DNA from: Torpedo marmorata
Taxonomy: Eukaryota
DNA length: 64,000 nucleotides
Reading direction: 5' to 3'
Assembly: GCA_977017645.1 (NCBI GenBank)
Contig: OZ360222.1
Coordinates: 106,392,001-106,456,000 of the forward strand
Shown: positions 25,186-38,370 of the stretch, in pieces
Position numbering within the stretch: position 1 is the first letter of the stretch
Layout of the letters: each line of letters opens with the position of its first letter
Made by a program: the position numbers and the translations under genes
Notes under the pieces: generated by a model
The model's input: the letters and a program-made list of their open reading frames with translations, nothing else
What the model was told of the DNA's origin: nothing
Database searches by the model: none

Positions 25186-28100
25186 CTGAAGATAAATTGT
25201 TGCAGACAGATTCAGAAAAAAACATACATACATACATCTACTCATATCTCGACATCAAAATATTTGTGAATGGATTAATGAAAGTTTGGCTCTCAAACAT
25301 ACATTTCTTCTCATTCAAATACTGCATCATTTATAGTTCATGCGAAGAAAATACACATAATGTTGTGAAATGTCAGATTTTCAGATGCCTTCTTTAAGGC
25401 AAATCATTGAAGATTATGTTTTCATGCTTAGTTTGGTTTAATAGAATGAATTATTCATTCAACTGTTGATAGATAAATACTTTGTGCATTCAGCTGTTAC
25501 TTTGAGGCTATTTCCACAATGAACACAATGGTCAAAAGTTTGATGAACTCTCATGTTGTCTAGCACTCTATTAAAGGTGGACTATTTTGGAAAGGTTCTT
25601 CACACTATCTTATTTAAAAATGATTTTATTTCATTTCCCAATTTCAATTTTTTCTATCTGTCATCCATTTAAACAGCAGGGTCGTATCTGTCAGTTGTAA
25701 AACATAATCAAATAGTGGAAGGATTTTAATATAAAATTTAAAACGAAAGGCAACTAAAAAATTGCAAAAGGACCACAAACCTCAGTTATGTAAAATATTA
25801 TTTTTGCATTAACATGTACTTAAGCCTTTAACAAAAAAATGGCTATCAGCCTTTCAACAGATGAATGAACAATGCTCAACACTTAAAAATACACCAGCAT
25901 TTCTTCCAATGCAGCAGTAGATTTTTCATTATGTTCCAAGGATCCGACCTCTATCAGCATTAATCCAATCAGGTCTTTGTTACTTGTCCCAACCTTGTTT
26001 TAAAGCTCAAGGTCATTCAAAATCATTGAAGTCAAATGTCAGGACTACTGCAAAAACTGTCACCATATTTATTTACCAATTGGTATGGTTTTTTTTAAAT
26101 AGATTCATAGGAACTTCTCTCGGGATTGCAATATGCTAAAAGATATGCCATTTACTGTAATACGTTTCTAATTGAGCTGAAATAGTCCGAAGTAAGTCTG
26201 ACAAAAATACAACATTGTCCTTTTCATCTTTTGGCCTCTAAAAGCTCTTGAAAAACCATACAAGCTATTTGTTTTGCGCCTATAGGGCAGATAGGTCTTC
26301 TTTCGAACTGTAATGCTTTTGTAGGAGGAAGAGAAAGAAAAACAGATAAAGAACTATGGTCTTGTGCCATTACAATGAAAGCTGTCTATAATGACCATTC
26401 GGATTGACTTCAAGTGGTCTTTATAGATATCCAGCTTCCACACACAGGTTCAAGTCGAGGTCATTTAATTTTGTATCATTGCTGAAACTGGTGGTTAGGT
26501 GTTGTTTAATACAAGTATTTTTTGAAATAGGTTTTTTTTCCTGTGATGGAATCTATATTGCAATGCTACAGACCATGGCATCATGTATATGGAGAGACAA
26601 ATTTATGTTCAAAATGCAGCTTCCCAACAGTTAAAACCACACTAACTGCTGCAGAAAAAATAAATCTGATTTCTCTTTATTTTAATTTCAAATAGGCAGA
26701 GCTATCAGAAAGTTCACATTTTACAAAGACTCTGTCACCTTTTTTTTGTGGAGTTGGTTAAATGGCACCATGAACTAGCTAACATTACTTTAATCCTGCC
26801 ACATTATCATCTTAATAATACCACATAATATTCAAAATTGTCTGGCAGGAGTTTCAGCTATTCTCTGTGAAGAAGATACATCCAGGTAAAATGAGAATAT
26901 TACCACATCAGCATATAAATCACTGACAGGCATCTTACTATTACAATTGATTTTTGTTGACAGGTCACTGTAGGCAGCTGTGTTTAAAATGCCTTTTGCA
27001 GGCTGAAATTAAAAATGTTTCCATGCAGAAATGCAAACCCCCTCCTTTTCTGCAAATCTGACAATTTGAAATCAAAAAATTACCATTTCATACTTTAAAA
27101 AGGACTAAAGGACAATTCTTCACTGAAAGGTTCCTGCAGTTGTCACTAATAAGTGCTTCACATATGACATTAATGCTACTGATTCCTCTCAAAAAGATTG
27201 TCTGAGAATTTCTCTGAAAATACATAGTGAACAGTTTAATTTGGAGGCAGTCAATGGCTGCCTATAAAGTGAAAATATAAAGTAGTAAAGATTTTAATCA
27301 AAGGCAGATGCAGATGTTGTAAAATAATACATAAGTATTTATTCATAAATCATTAAAAACTAGGTTAAGAATTGATAATATAGCATGTTTTATTTCTATG
27401 TGCTTATAACATTCCATACACCATTATAGAAATTGTATGTTTTCCTTTTTTAATGAAGAATATTTAGATTGATCAATTTTATTTTTAATAGCATTTATTA
27501 TTTGTGTCTTCCCAATGCAAAATAAGTCTCTTTGTTATTAAAGGAACAAATGGCTGATTCTGGGGAAATAAAGATGCTCAGAAATTATAATCTTTCAAAA
27601 GCTAGATTTAGTAATCTCTTGGACTAATGTAAGTAAACTAACATTCTGTTGATTTTGATTAATGAGCGAGATGGTTAGATGTAAAAATATACATTCCTTT
27701 AGAGAAGAATATCCATTATGTTTAAATCACTATATTCAGTATTTATTTATAGGATTGATTTCACATTTATATATCTTGCTGTTTAATAAGATTATTAGCA
27801 AACAATTATTGTCAGCTAAAATGGAGGATAAAATACAAGGGAATTGCTCAAATTTATCCTTATCTGTATAATAGTTACAGTGGACAGGCTGCACTAACCA
27901 TGCTTTTCATTGACAACACTTCAAAAAGGGGCCTAAAACTTGTGTGTCACTAACACCAATAATCCCCGCCAGCTTCACAATGCCAACCTTTTAACAGAAG
28001 TTAAATTAGGCTGTTCCGTAAGTCAGCCGACTTCATGGTAGAGTACAGTGGTACAGCGCACAGTGTAAGTTCAGGGCATTAGGCCACAAAGGCAGTTGCA

Positions 28101-28610
28101 CAGGACTACCCATCAGATAAATAAATTGCCACACATAGATACCAAGCCGTGTTAACTGGAATGCAATGGAGCCAAGGTTTAGGGTACATAGGAGAGATAT
28201 ATCTTTCCTCAAAAGACCAGGAACACAGCCAAAGGGCCAGAGGAAATAAAAGGTCAATGGAACAATGTAACAAGCTAACTCCAGAGGACTTTGATTCAAT
28301 GCAGCAAGAATTTTCATGGTTTTGAACACAAGATCAGTGAATGCATCCTCAAATGCAGTGACCGCCAGCTCAATTTACCACAGCCCATCTCTCAGCTCCC
28401 TATGCCCTATATTAATCAGATCCCAGACCTCTAGACACATTTATCTCTGCAACAGGCCTCATGCCCACATCTCAGACTGCACATTTTGCCAGCTGTTCCA
28501 TCATCATCCACATGTACTTCGCTACCATTTTGCCCTCTGCTTTGCAAGATGTGGTATCACCTAATGGCAGGCAGCAAGAACCTGATCACAATGGAAGAGA
28601 TATTGCTCAC

Positions 28611-29157
28611 TATAGTGAATTCAATCCAACAAATAGTCACTTGGAGGCAAGGTGAGATATCTGTTCATGACGCGTTTCAATTAATTTACTAACAAGTCCA
28701 ATAGGTACAAAAACTTTATTTGCACACGATAACTTGTAGCAATCTTCAATGACTTAAATATCTCTTTAACAAAATATAAACAATTTTTGATAACGATGTT
28801 TAATAACGATTCTTTAAAACGTCTTTAAACTTCCTTTAAAACGATTCTTTATAAATTCCTTTAAACGGTCAATGAAAGCTATGGTGATCTCACTCACCCT
28901 CCTCTAGGTCGCCATATTCTTATAATACTTCTTCTGATTCACGCGCATGCTCCACCGCGCGTACTCCACAGCGCATGCTCCACCGCATATACTCCAGCCA
29001 CTTCCCCACTGCGCATATGCCTGTCGGCACTCCTGCGCATGCGCAGAGTACTCAATAGGCCCAGCACGGCCTACTAATCTCCGTGACTCCTCCAAAACCC
29101 GCTGAATACATCGGAACACCGCGATGAAGGTAAGTAACCAAGCCTATGGCTCTTACA
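28611..29157 (-). repeat. BEL 3' LTR (547 bp)
   Basis: Minus strand starts TGTAAGAGCC and ends CACTATA; CpG-rich core, TATAAGAA (28917-24), AATAAA (28715-20). Confidence 0.9.
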
Positions 29158-29337
29158 CTGGCCCCTAATTATTATAACGAGATGCAATGTCTTAATTAAT
29201 AATTACACAATCAATTACAAATGACAATAACCATATAACATTCAAACAATATACAAATTTTCTTTCTTCACAAGACCAGAGTTTAAAAGTCTGTAACCTG
29301 TAGTATACAACAACAAAATAAAGTCAGTTTGTATTTA

Positions 29338-32300
29338 TCAAAGTTCTTTTATCTCCAGAATCTTTGAGTTAGAACATGGACCAGTAAACCTCAAATCTTC
29401 CTCAGACAAAATAGATAGCTTTTTCTTTTTGAATTTAACACGAGGTACTTCTTCAGCATGTCGTTTTACTTTATTCCTTTCTTCAGCATTCCACTTCTCA
29501 TATGAAGAATTTAAACTCTTAGAACTAGAATTTGAATATTTATCTGATCCTCTCGATTTTAATAAACGAGTCTCTTTAACCACTCTGGTTTCTATTGCCC
29601 TTTCCTACAATTCCAAATCCAATTTTGCAACTTTCAATTCAGTCTCAGTTCCTTCCGAGAAATTAATAACTTGATCTGAAGTGAAAATATCATGTAATAC
29701 ATTGATATTTCTATTGTCAACCCTGCTGTGGTAAACTTGAAATTTTTGAATTTCTTCATCTTGCTTGATACATTGCTGCAATGCAATATCACTTTCTTTC
29801 TGCGTTGTTAATAGCTGAACCTTCAATTTACATTCTTGATTGTTTTCTATAATCAAATGTTTTGCATTATTAACCAATAACTTGTTGTCTTTCAAAATAT
29901 AAATCTCTTCCTCCAACCTTTTACATCTTAATAATGCTGAAACTCTTTCCTCAATAACTTATTTATTTCTTCAGCAGTTATTCTTTTCTTCTGCTTTCTG
30001 ACTTTGCGAATTTTTTTTACAATTAAATCTTTCTGTTTATTGTTTTCATGATTATCCAATATTTCCAATTCCCCTTTCAACATTTTGTTCTCTGAATTCA
30101 ATTGCATTAAATTATCATTCACATTCTTCTTATTCCATCAGCACAATTTTCTACTTTCATCAGTTTTACATCACATTGCAACATTTCTTCATTGACTTTG
30201 TCTGCTGTAACCTTTGAACTACAAAATCGACTTTCAAATTTGTTCTCAGTCACTTGTTTTATTCCTGCCTCTGATTCAATTACACATGAATAATCACTAG
30301 TATTATTTGCAACATCTTCTAATACTTCATTTTCATCCATTTCTGATGAAAATAATTCCTTCAATGCTGTTTTAATTACCTTTGATTCATTTTCACATTG
30401 ATCTGTTTTCTTTTCTTCAAAAGTGACTTTCTTATTCACAGTGTTTTGCTCATCCCTTAACTCATCAACTTTCACAACCGAAATCCTGTTAACATTTATC
30501 GCTAACTGTTCCTGTGCAATATTATTATTTCTTTCCAATGGTCCATTAATTGTCCAACCAAGCTTGGTTCTAACAGCGTAAGGTCCATTCTCTCTACTCC
30601 GTATTACTTCTAGTGGTTCCAAAACCTTTGGTGCATCCGAACCAATCAGCATTTCTATCTCAGAGTTAACTTCAGGTAAATAAACCTTCCACAGATAAGA
30701 CAAATGATGGAAATCATTTTGATGCGGAATGTTTCCTTCGTGCACAGGCATAGTCTTCTGAGTATATAAACTTGGAAGATCACAAAATGTTTTGTCATCC
30801 AATCCAGCAACCTCTAAGCCTGAAACAATGCTGGTTTCAACGACCTTTTCTTGACCCATGGTTTTCAACATAATTCTTGACCTTCTTCCTTGAATATTAA
30901 GTTTGTTCATTAGTCCCACCATGCAAAAAGATGCAGTGCTGCCTGGGTCGATAAATGCATATGTATGTACTGTTGCATCCCCTTTCTTGATCTTGACTTG
31001 TCCAGGCACTATTGAAAGTTTGCAGTTATCCACACCGGCCCAGTAAGACCACTTGTCTGAACCGAGGTTATAACATTGTTTTCTGATGTTTCCTTTGTTT
31101 CTGTTTGCTCCTTTTCCAATTCCTTGTTTCTTTGATGGATATGCAACATTCTAGGATGCTTCAAATTGCATATGTTACAGTTAATTTGCTTCTCGCAGTT
31201 TTTACTGATGTGCCCTTTACACAGACAGCTAAAACATACCCCATTTTACTTTAAGAAAGTGATCTTCTCATTATGTTCCTTTTTTTCCAACCATAAACAC
31301 ATTTCCAAAGCATGTCCACCTTTACAGAACAAACAACTCTTCTCATTAGTCAAACTTTCCTTTTCCTTATTTACTTTATTTATAACTGACACATTAGTAG
31401 CAAAAGTACTCCTTTTCCATTTCGGACTAGGTTGTGAGTTAGACCTCCTTACTTCTTTGTTCCCCATTGAATTGTCTCTGGTATTTCCATATATTGGATC
31501 TGTTTCAATGTACACCTGTCGTTCAATAAAATTTACCACGACCTTTAAGGTAGTTCTTTGACCGTAATTTTCTTGTAAATCACAAGCCAAATTTCTCCAT
31601 CTATCCCACAACTTGTAAGGTAATTTATCTAAGATGATTCGCATATTACCAGGCATGTCAAGCTCACGAATATTATCGATATCTTCCATGGCATTACAAC
31701 ATCCTCTTAAAAAGAGAGTGTATGCTTGTAGAGCCTTTACATCATTCTGTTTTAATGATGTCCATTTAAGAGCTTTATCCATATAAGCTAAAGCAATTTG
31801 ATGCTTGTTGCCAAAATGTTGTTCTAGTAAAGACTTAGCTCTATCTAATCCTATTTCTGAGGACATATGTTTACAAGTTCTTTTGGATGTCCCTTTGTGA
31901 ACATTTCCAAATAATAAAGACATTCATCACGATCTTGGCATTTATTTTCAATATTGCGTCTAAAAGATTTCAAGAACACTTGGTACTGAAGTGGATCTCC
32001 ATCAAAAGTTTGAATCTCTTTCTTGGGCAAAGAAGAGAGAGACTGTAACTGAATCAATGATGCAGCAATTTCATTTTGTCTTCCTATGGATGACAATACA
32101 TTGCTCTGTTCACCACCTCTTGTTACAGGTAATGTATCTGGAAACCTCACTGGTGTAGTTTCTCCTGTATTTCTGATGCTTGACTCAAATGCCAAGGGAG
32201 CTGCATCGTTTGACCGATCCCAAGCCGCAGCTTTGTCTTCGGATGTTACCACTGGGACATGTGACTCGATAACACCATGCTCTTGAAGGATTTGTCCTTG

Positions 32301-33109
32301 TATTTGCAAGTCTTGTACCCCTGGTACTAAAATATCTACCTTTTTGGTTGGTTTCTTTTCCTGTGGCTCCTTTTTAAAATATAACTTCTTATCATCGCAC
32401 ACTTTAGATAATTTACTCCGAGCACTAAATACCATTGAACCTTCTAGTAGCTTTTTTTTTGCCCTGGCAATAGTAATGTTTGCTTCCAGCTCCTGCTGCT
32501 CCTTTCTCTGCCTTAGCTGCCCCTTCTCTTGCCTTAGCTGCTGCTCTAGCTGCTCCCTCCTTTTGTCTTAGCTGCTCCTCCTGTCCTTCTAAAATATGTT
32601 TATCCTTAAGCATTTTTTGTTGCGCAAGAAGAGTGGCCAAGACAACTTCAACCTTTGTACGTGACGATGCAGAACTTGAAGTACGAGAAACTCTGGAGCT
32701 CGAACCAGAACTTTGTTTGCTTCTCCTGCTTTCAACATTTGAGACACTGACACATGCTTGTATTTCATCCTACAGGTCAGATGTTGTCTTCTTACTTACC
32801 TCCTTCACCAATTCAAATTGTACATCCTTTGCATCTTCATCCTCTTCATTTTCTTCATCATTTGGTGACACATTTTCAGCTATTTCCACGTTTCTGTCTT
32901 CATGTTCATCAAATGAAGCCGCCTCTTCTTCCTTTGCCAGCTTCAGTCTTCCGATGAGAACCTTTTTTATTTCGACTTGTATCTAGTTTCAGGCACTTCA
33001 ATTCTTCTTTGAGCTCCACAACCTTCATGACTTCAATACGTTGGTCCTCAACAGCAACATCAGCAGCTGCTGCATCAGCTGCTGCTGCATCAGTGTCTGC
33101 TGCGGCCAT
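29338..33109 (-). pseudogene. BEL polyprotein remnant: SAP, Gag, Zn knuckles, protease, K/E-rich coiled coil (several frameshifts and stops)
   Basis: Chain of minus ORFs 32909..33196, 32425..32640, 31851..32435, 31246..31923, 30119..31033, 29928..30122, 29605..29916, 29338..29583; likely start ATG at 33109 (AAAATGGCC). Confidence 0.8.
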
Positions 33110-33565
33110 TTTACTCGTCTTGTTCCACCGTCCTTTGAGCATACACAACACTAGCCAAATCAACAGTCCCCAATGGACTAGCGGCAGCAAATCCAATCTG
33201 TGTTCAAACTTGCCAAAGATACACAGAAGGAGTCCACAGACTTATGCCTACCACTTCAGATGACTGTAATGTGCTGCTATTCACAAACGAGTTTCCACCA
33301 CAGCATCCGTCAATAATATCGCTGATTTTCAATAAATGGTTTCTCCAACATATTTATAGGACACTTTACTATAAGATTTGAAGCTCTAAATCCCTCTCTG
33401 GCTGTTACTCATGGCAGATGGATGTGGATTACAAACTGCCCCTAACTCGAGGCATCTCCAAGATGGCCACCATTTTTAAAAATATCAGTCGAAAGCACAG
33501 AGAGATTATTCTATCTTCTTTCCTTCAATTTTCTGTTCCAAACAGTAAACTTTCATTGACTAAAC

Positions 33566-33641
33566 TATAGTGACTTCAATCCAACAAATAGTCATCGGAA
33601 CACCGCGATGAAGGTAAGTAACCAAGCCTATGGCTCTTACA
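33566..33641 (-). repeat. BEL 5' LTR with a 471-bp internal deletion (76 bp left)
   Basis: Matches both ends of 28611-29157, joined at a CA microhomology (aatagtCA|tcggaac). Confidence 0.9.
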
Positions 33642-35159
33642 CTCACCATCAACAAAGCAACCCCACCATAATTGTTGTGGAATCCATAATCATACAACAA
33701 TCTTACTTTCTCTTGACACCTCTCTCTGCCCCAGTCCCCAACTAATCAAGTGTCCTTTCTCCTTTCAGATAGGCAAGAACTGCAACTCATCTGATAAAGT
33801 ATTGGTTGAAGAGTGAATAAAAAGTGAAACACATTTGGTCCAAGCTATCCACTAGTTTGTTATAACAGATCCACACACTCTTGAGGTCAGCCAAGTATTA
33901 CTGGGAGTGTCGGTAAATATCCTAGGGTGCTCCAGAGCCTTCTGTTGTGGTGCCCACATGTTTTCTGGGAAAGCACCATGTATCCACCTTCTCCCTAATT
34001 AGGATGGAGCCTATTTACATGGAGTTGGAGCAGGATTGAGCTGTAAGCAGCACGTGAAGTTCTTGGGAATCCTCCCACTCTCGTCAACTTCAGACAAAGC
34101 AATGACGCATCTCCAAAAGTAAAAGAGCAGCAGCAATTTGTCACCATTAGGAGTCAGGCCTGTGGGATTTGAGAAGTCTCAGATTTACGGAGATCACTAG
34201 GGTGAAGGTTAAGCTTCCAGAGCTATGATTTAGGATCAAAAGGAGGTCATTCACATTAATGCTGTTACATAGGAGAGGACCATTTTGATAGCTGTGATTT
34301 TTATTGTTCACAGGAAGTCCATGTGCCTATCCCTCACAGATAATGAGTGTAAATCTCCCACCCACTAGCTCAGGTTTTCCATTTGAAATCCAGATTACAG
34401 GCAGGATCCACATGCGTTGATTTACTGAGAACAAGTGGCCTGCAACCAGGTGAGGAAAAGATAACTCAGCTACAGGGTCACCAGGGATCAGGGAGTTCAG
34501 CTACGAGGTGTGCACTCCAGTAAGACAGCTACCACGTTGGTCAACACACATGCATAATGCACACTCAGTGCATTGTCTAACCTGCCAAGAAAGCCTGTAT
34601 GTGTTTCTAATGGAAGGTCTTTGCCTCACAACACTAGCACTGTTCTTTTCTCTCTACAGATGCTGCCTGACCTGCTGAGTATATCCAGGGCTTTGTGTTT
34701 TATCTCAGCATCCGTGCAATGTTGAGGAGCATGTAGGCATCAAACACCAACCTTGCAAATAGCTTTGTACGGGTTTTGGACTCCTTACTTTCCAACATGG
34801 ATGTGGTGGTCAACACCAGTAGCACTCTTAATGACCCAAACTTGTGTTGTTGTTATCTTGATTTTCATGCCAGCAGAAGTTGAAGCCTTCTAGTGGAAGC
34901 TTCCATTTCTATCATACAGCCTCACGTTGTGGTGTATTGTCAAAGAGTCTTGCAGTTCTAGTAATATGTCCTCCAAGACAAATCTAAGATTGCTAAGGCA
35001 CTAGCCCAGGAGGGTGGCAGCGTCTCTGTATGTTACAAGGGAGCTATCTTCTCATGGGTTTGGAGCATTCAGAGTTTTACCACTGCCACTCTGCCATCAG
35101 CCATGTGAGATGATGGTGAGCTGATATGGTTGCAACCTGTCCCATGTAGTACCATAGTC

Positions 35160-35975
35160 ATATATGCACAGAAGGAAGCCATTCAGCCCATTGGGTCAAT
35201 GCTGCCTGTCTGAGGAACATCCAATTTGCCCTGCTCTGTCCATGTAGCCTTGCACATCACAGGCCCAAACTGCTGCCTGTTTCTCTTTCAACATGTGTTG
35301 CCTGACTCTCTGAGTGTTCCAGCATTTTCTGTTTTTGTTTCAGATTTGCAGAATATGCAGATTTTTAAAATTTTATTTTGATGGTGTATTTTATTTTTGT
35401 GTTCCAATCTTACTGAGGTCTTACACTAATGAAACCTCCCAAAATGCATCACCTTCCACTTAATGGGATTAAATTCCATCTGTCATTGCTTCGTCTAACT
35501 TACAAGCTGATCAATATCGTTCTGTAGCCTGAAACTATCCTCACCATTCACACCACCACCAATTTTATGTTATCTGCAAGTGTATTAAGCATACCTCCAA
35601 CAATCATATACTTGACAAAAAGGGCTGATCATTGTTTTCAGCAGTCGTCATGGGCTTCCAATCACAAAAGCAACCCTCCACCACTATCCTCTGTCTCCTA
35701 TTACCAAGGCAACTCTGGATCTAATTTAGTAACTTGCCTTGGATCCTGTGGGCTCTAACCTTTTGGACCAGCCTTCCAGGTGGGACCTTACCAAAGTCCA
35801 TGAACATGGTAGCAGTCATACCACCCTCATCAATGTATTTTGTTACTTCTTCAAAAACTATATTAAATTAGTCAGATATAATCTCCTGCCAACAAAACCA
35901 TGCTGATGCTCACTGATCAACACCTGTATTTCCAAGTGAAAATTCTTCCTTGCTTCTGATATTTTTTTCAATAAC
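35160..35975 (-). mobile_element. Very decayed CR1 fragment with a Penelope remnant (~35270-35370)
   Basis: CR1-like motifs GGGACCTTACCAAAG and AAACCATGCTGA, CR1 tail AGCCATTCAGCCC. Boundaries approximate. Confidence 0.55.
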
Positions 35976-38370
35976 TCAGATTAAGGCAGTGAAGTTTGAA
36001 TTTGGAATGTTCAGATTGCTGTCATGATTATGCTTCTCTGCATTTATCCAACTGAGGGCATGACCAGCCTCACACACCAAATTGGAAGTAATTCAGCACT
36101 CTTAGCAGCCAATAAGCAGCACTGTGGAGACATATTCTAGTAGCCAATTAGAGGCATATTGATCATGTGTATATTGGTAGGACTCCTTCGGAGAATGTAG
36201 TTTCAAAAGGAGTTTCAATGTTTTGTTTTATGTAAAGACTTCTGCATGACCATTTTCCCCCAGAGCAATGGAGCTGAGACCTTATCCGCTGATATACATG
36301 TTGGACAAGCCAAAGTCACCCTTCTCATCTCTTCCTAACATTATCACAGTAAATAATAACCTGATTTACCAGTATGACTTTTTCTGTATTTTCCTGGATT
36401 TCCTGGACTTTACATGTGGAAGAAAATTCAGAGCAGAGCGGGTTAAACAAAGCCAATTATTAGTAACAATGGGCACACAGGAACTTTCTTATGTTGCCAA
36501 TCTTATAGTTTATCCTTCCTGTTTATTCCATAAGGAGCAGTAAAATACAGCTCACCTCACAGATCAATAGGAGCTTGTGTCTCCAGACATAAGGCACTTA
36601 ACCTTTGTCTGTTCGGTGACTGTTTCTATTAATTACAACTTCTAAAAGCATTCATTGCAGTTGAGCTGCAGGAAACAGTCTGTCTCAGACCAACATCCTT
36701 TTCCAAAGTATTTGGTTTCAGGCAGGAGAAACTGATCCAAACTGAGCAAGAGCAGCAAATTCTTCTTTAGACCAGCTTGTGTTGCACACAGTAGCAATTT
36801 TAAGTTCAGTTCCTCAGCTTAGTGATTTTCACCAACGTTCTTCCTTTTCTCAAACCATCAGTCAACATTCCTCAATAAAACTATTAGAAAATGCTGGGAG
36901 AAAACTCCAACAGGTCAGGCAGTATCTGATGAGACAGAAATAGAGCCCCCTTTCAGGCCAGGAAGCATTCATTCAATTTGGAAGATGCCTGCTTGATGAT
37001 ATTCCTTACAATCTTGCAATATTTATGACAACTGAATATGCAAAACCTCTATCTTTTTTAATGGACAGTCTTATTCACCTAATAATCAGGAAATTGGATT
37101 GACAATTTCAAAACAGGACTGTATTACATGATGGTGTTAGAAATAAACTAGATCTGGGACTAAAAAGAAATGCCCACGACATAAAGTTAGTATTCCAGCC
37201 CTAATTTATGATCCAAATCTTGAATTATTGTATACAAAGAGTAAACAGAAAGGTGGATGAGATGGCTCTGGCCCATTTAATACAGGGCAAGAAAGTAAAT
37301 TGCACTGGAGTATTTATTTTAGAAGCAGGCAATTAAAAATAAAATTTGAATGAAGTAATAGTCTCCAGTTCATTTTGCGTCACTCTGGAAATTTGACCAG
37401 ATAGTTCCTAAAGTTGAGCATACTGCTGCACTTTCAGCATGAAACTTCCTATGCAATGTTCCTTTGCATCCATCTACTTGGAGTAATGCCAGTGAAATTA
37501 ATCGTCATTAACATAGTACAGTGCTGGAATAAGAGCCTTTCGCATTTCATGACTCCCCTAGCTGCAGTTCCTTCTCCACTCCTCCCCCTACTTTGGCAAT
37601 TAAGTCCAAAAGTGTGAGTTGAAACCAGACTTCAAGCATATACAGCAAATGCTTAAGCTCCTGTAAACACCATTTTTTTTACACACTTTTTTCTCATGGC
37701 TAAGCAATGTACTATGGAGCTTCCTTTTTGCCAAGCTTATTATAAAAATTAACTAGTCACACTAAAGTAAAAACAGACCATTTCACAGGTTGCAGCTGCA
37801 GAATGTACTTCCTTCAATTAGTGTAATGAATTACTTGAGGTTTATTTCACAACCTTGTATCCATTATCAGTACAGTACTCTACCAACTTTATTCAGCATC
37901 AGATGGAATTTCAGAAAGAACTGCTGAATTCTAATGGCAAAGTGAATGGTCATGCTTAAAGAAACAGGATTTCTGCTCTGTGCTTCATCAAATATTATTG
38001 ATAGGTAGCAGACATTGTCTAAATACCTGTACCTGGTTTTATCCAGTAACCTCCGAGAGATAAAGTAACTAAGGTTTTTTTTCCCCCCAGAATAACAACC
38101 TCTCCCTCTCTGTCAGCAAGACTAAGGAGTTGGTCATAGACTTCCATAAAAGGGGTGGAGCTCATTCCCTTGTCTGCATCTACAGCACTAAGTTGGAGAT
38201 ATTAGACAGCTTAAAGTTCTTAGGGGTAAACATCTCAACAACATGTCCTGGGCCAACCACAATGATGCATTGGCCAAGAAAACACACCTGCATCTCTACT
38301 TCCTCAGAAGCCGCAGGACATTCGACATGTCACCTGCATCCCTCAACAACATCTATAGATGCACCATCAA

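Larger units (their letters stand above)
28611..33641 (-). mobile_element. Non-autonomous BEL/Pao LTR retrotransposon (SAP-Gag-PR-coiled coil; no RT/RH/IN)
   Basis: 5-bp TSD CTCAC (28606-10, 33642-46); LTR ends shared at both sides; PPT AATTAGGGGCCAG; BEL-type Gag (LPKKEIQTFDGDPLQY), three Cys/His knuckles, protease YAFIDPGSTASF, PYAVRTKLGWTING. Confidence 0.93.

Noticed and set aside
33650-34600. Possible old LINE (HVKFLGI motif near 34052) hosting the BEL insertion
   Set aside because: A single short motif; too decayed to assign.
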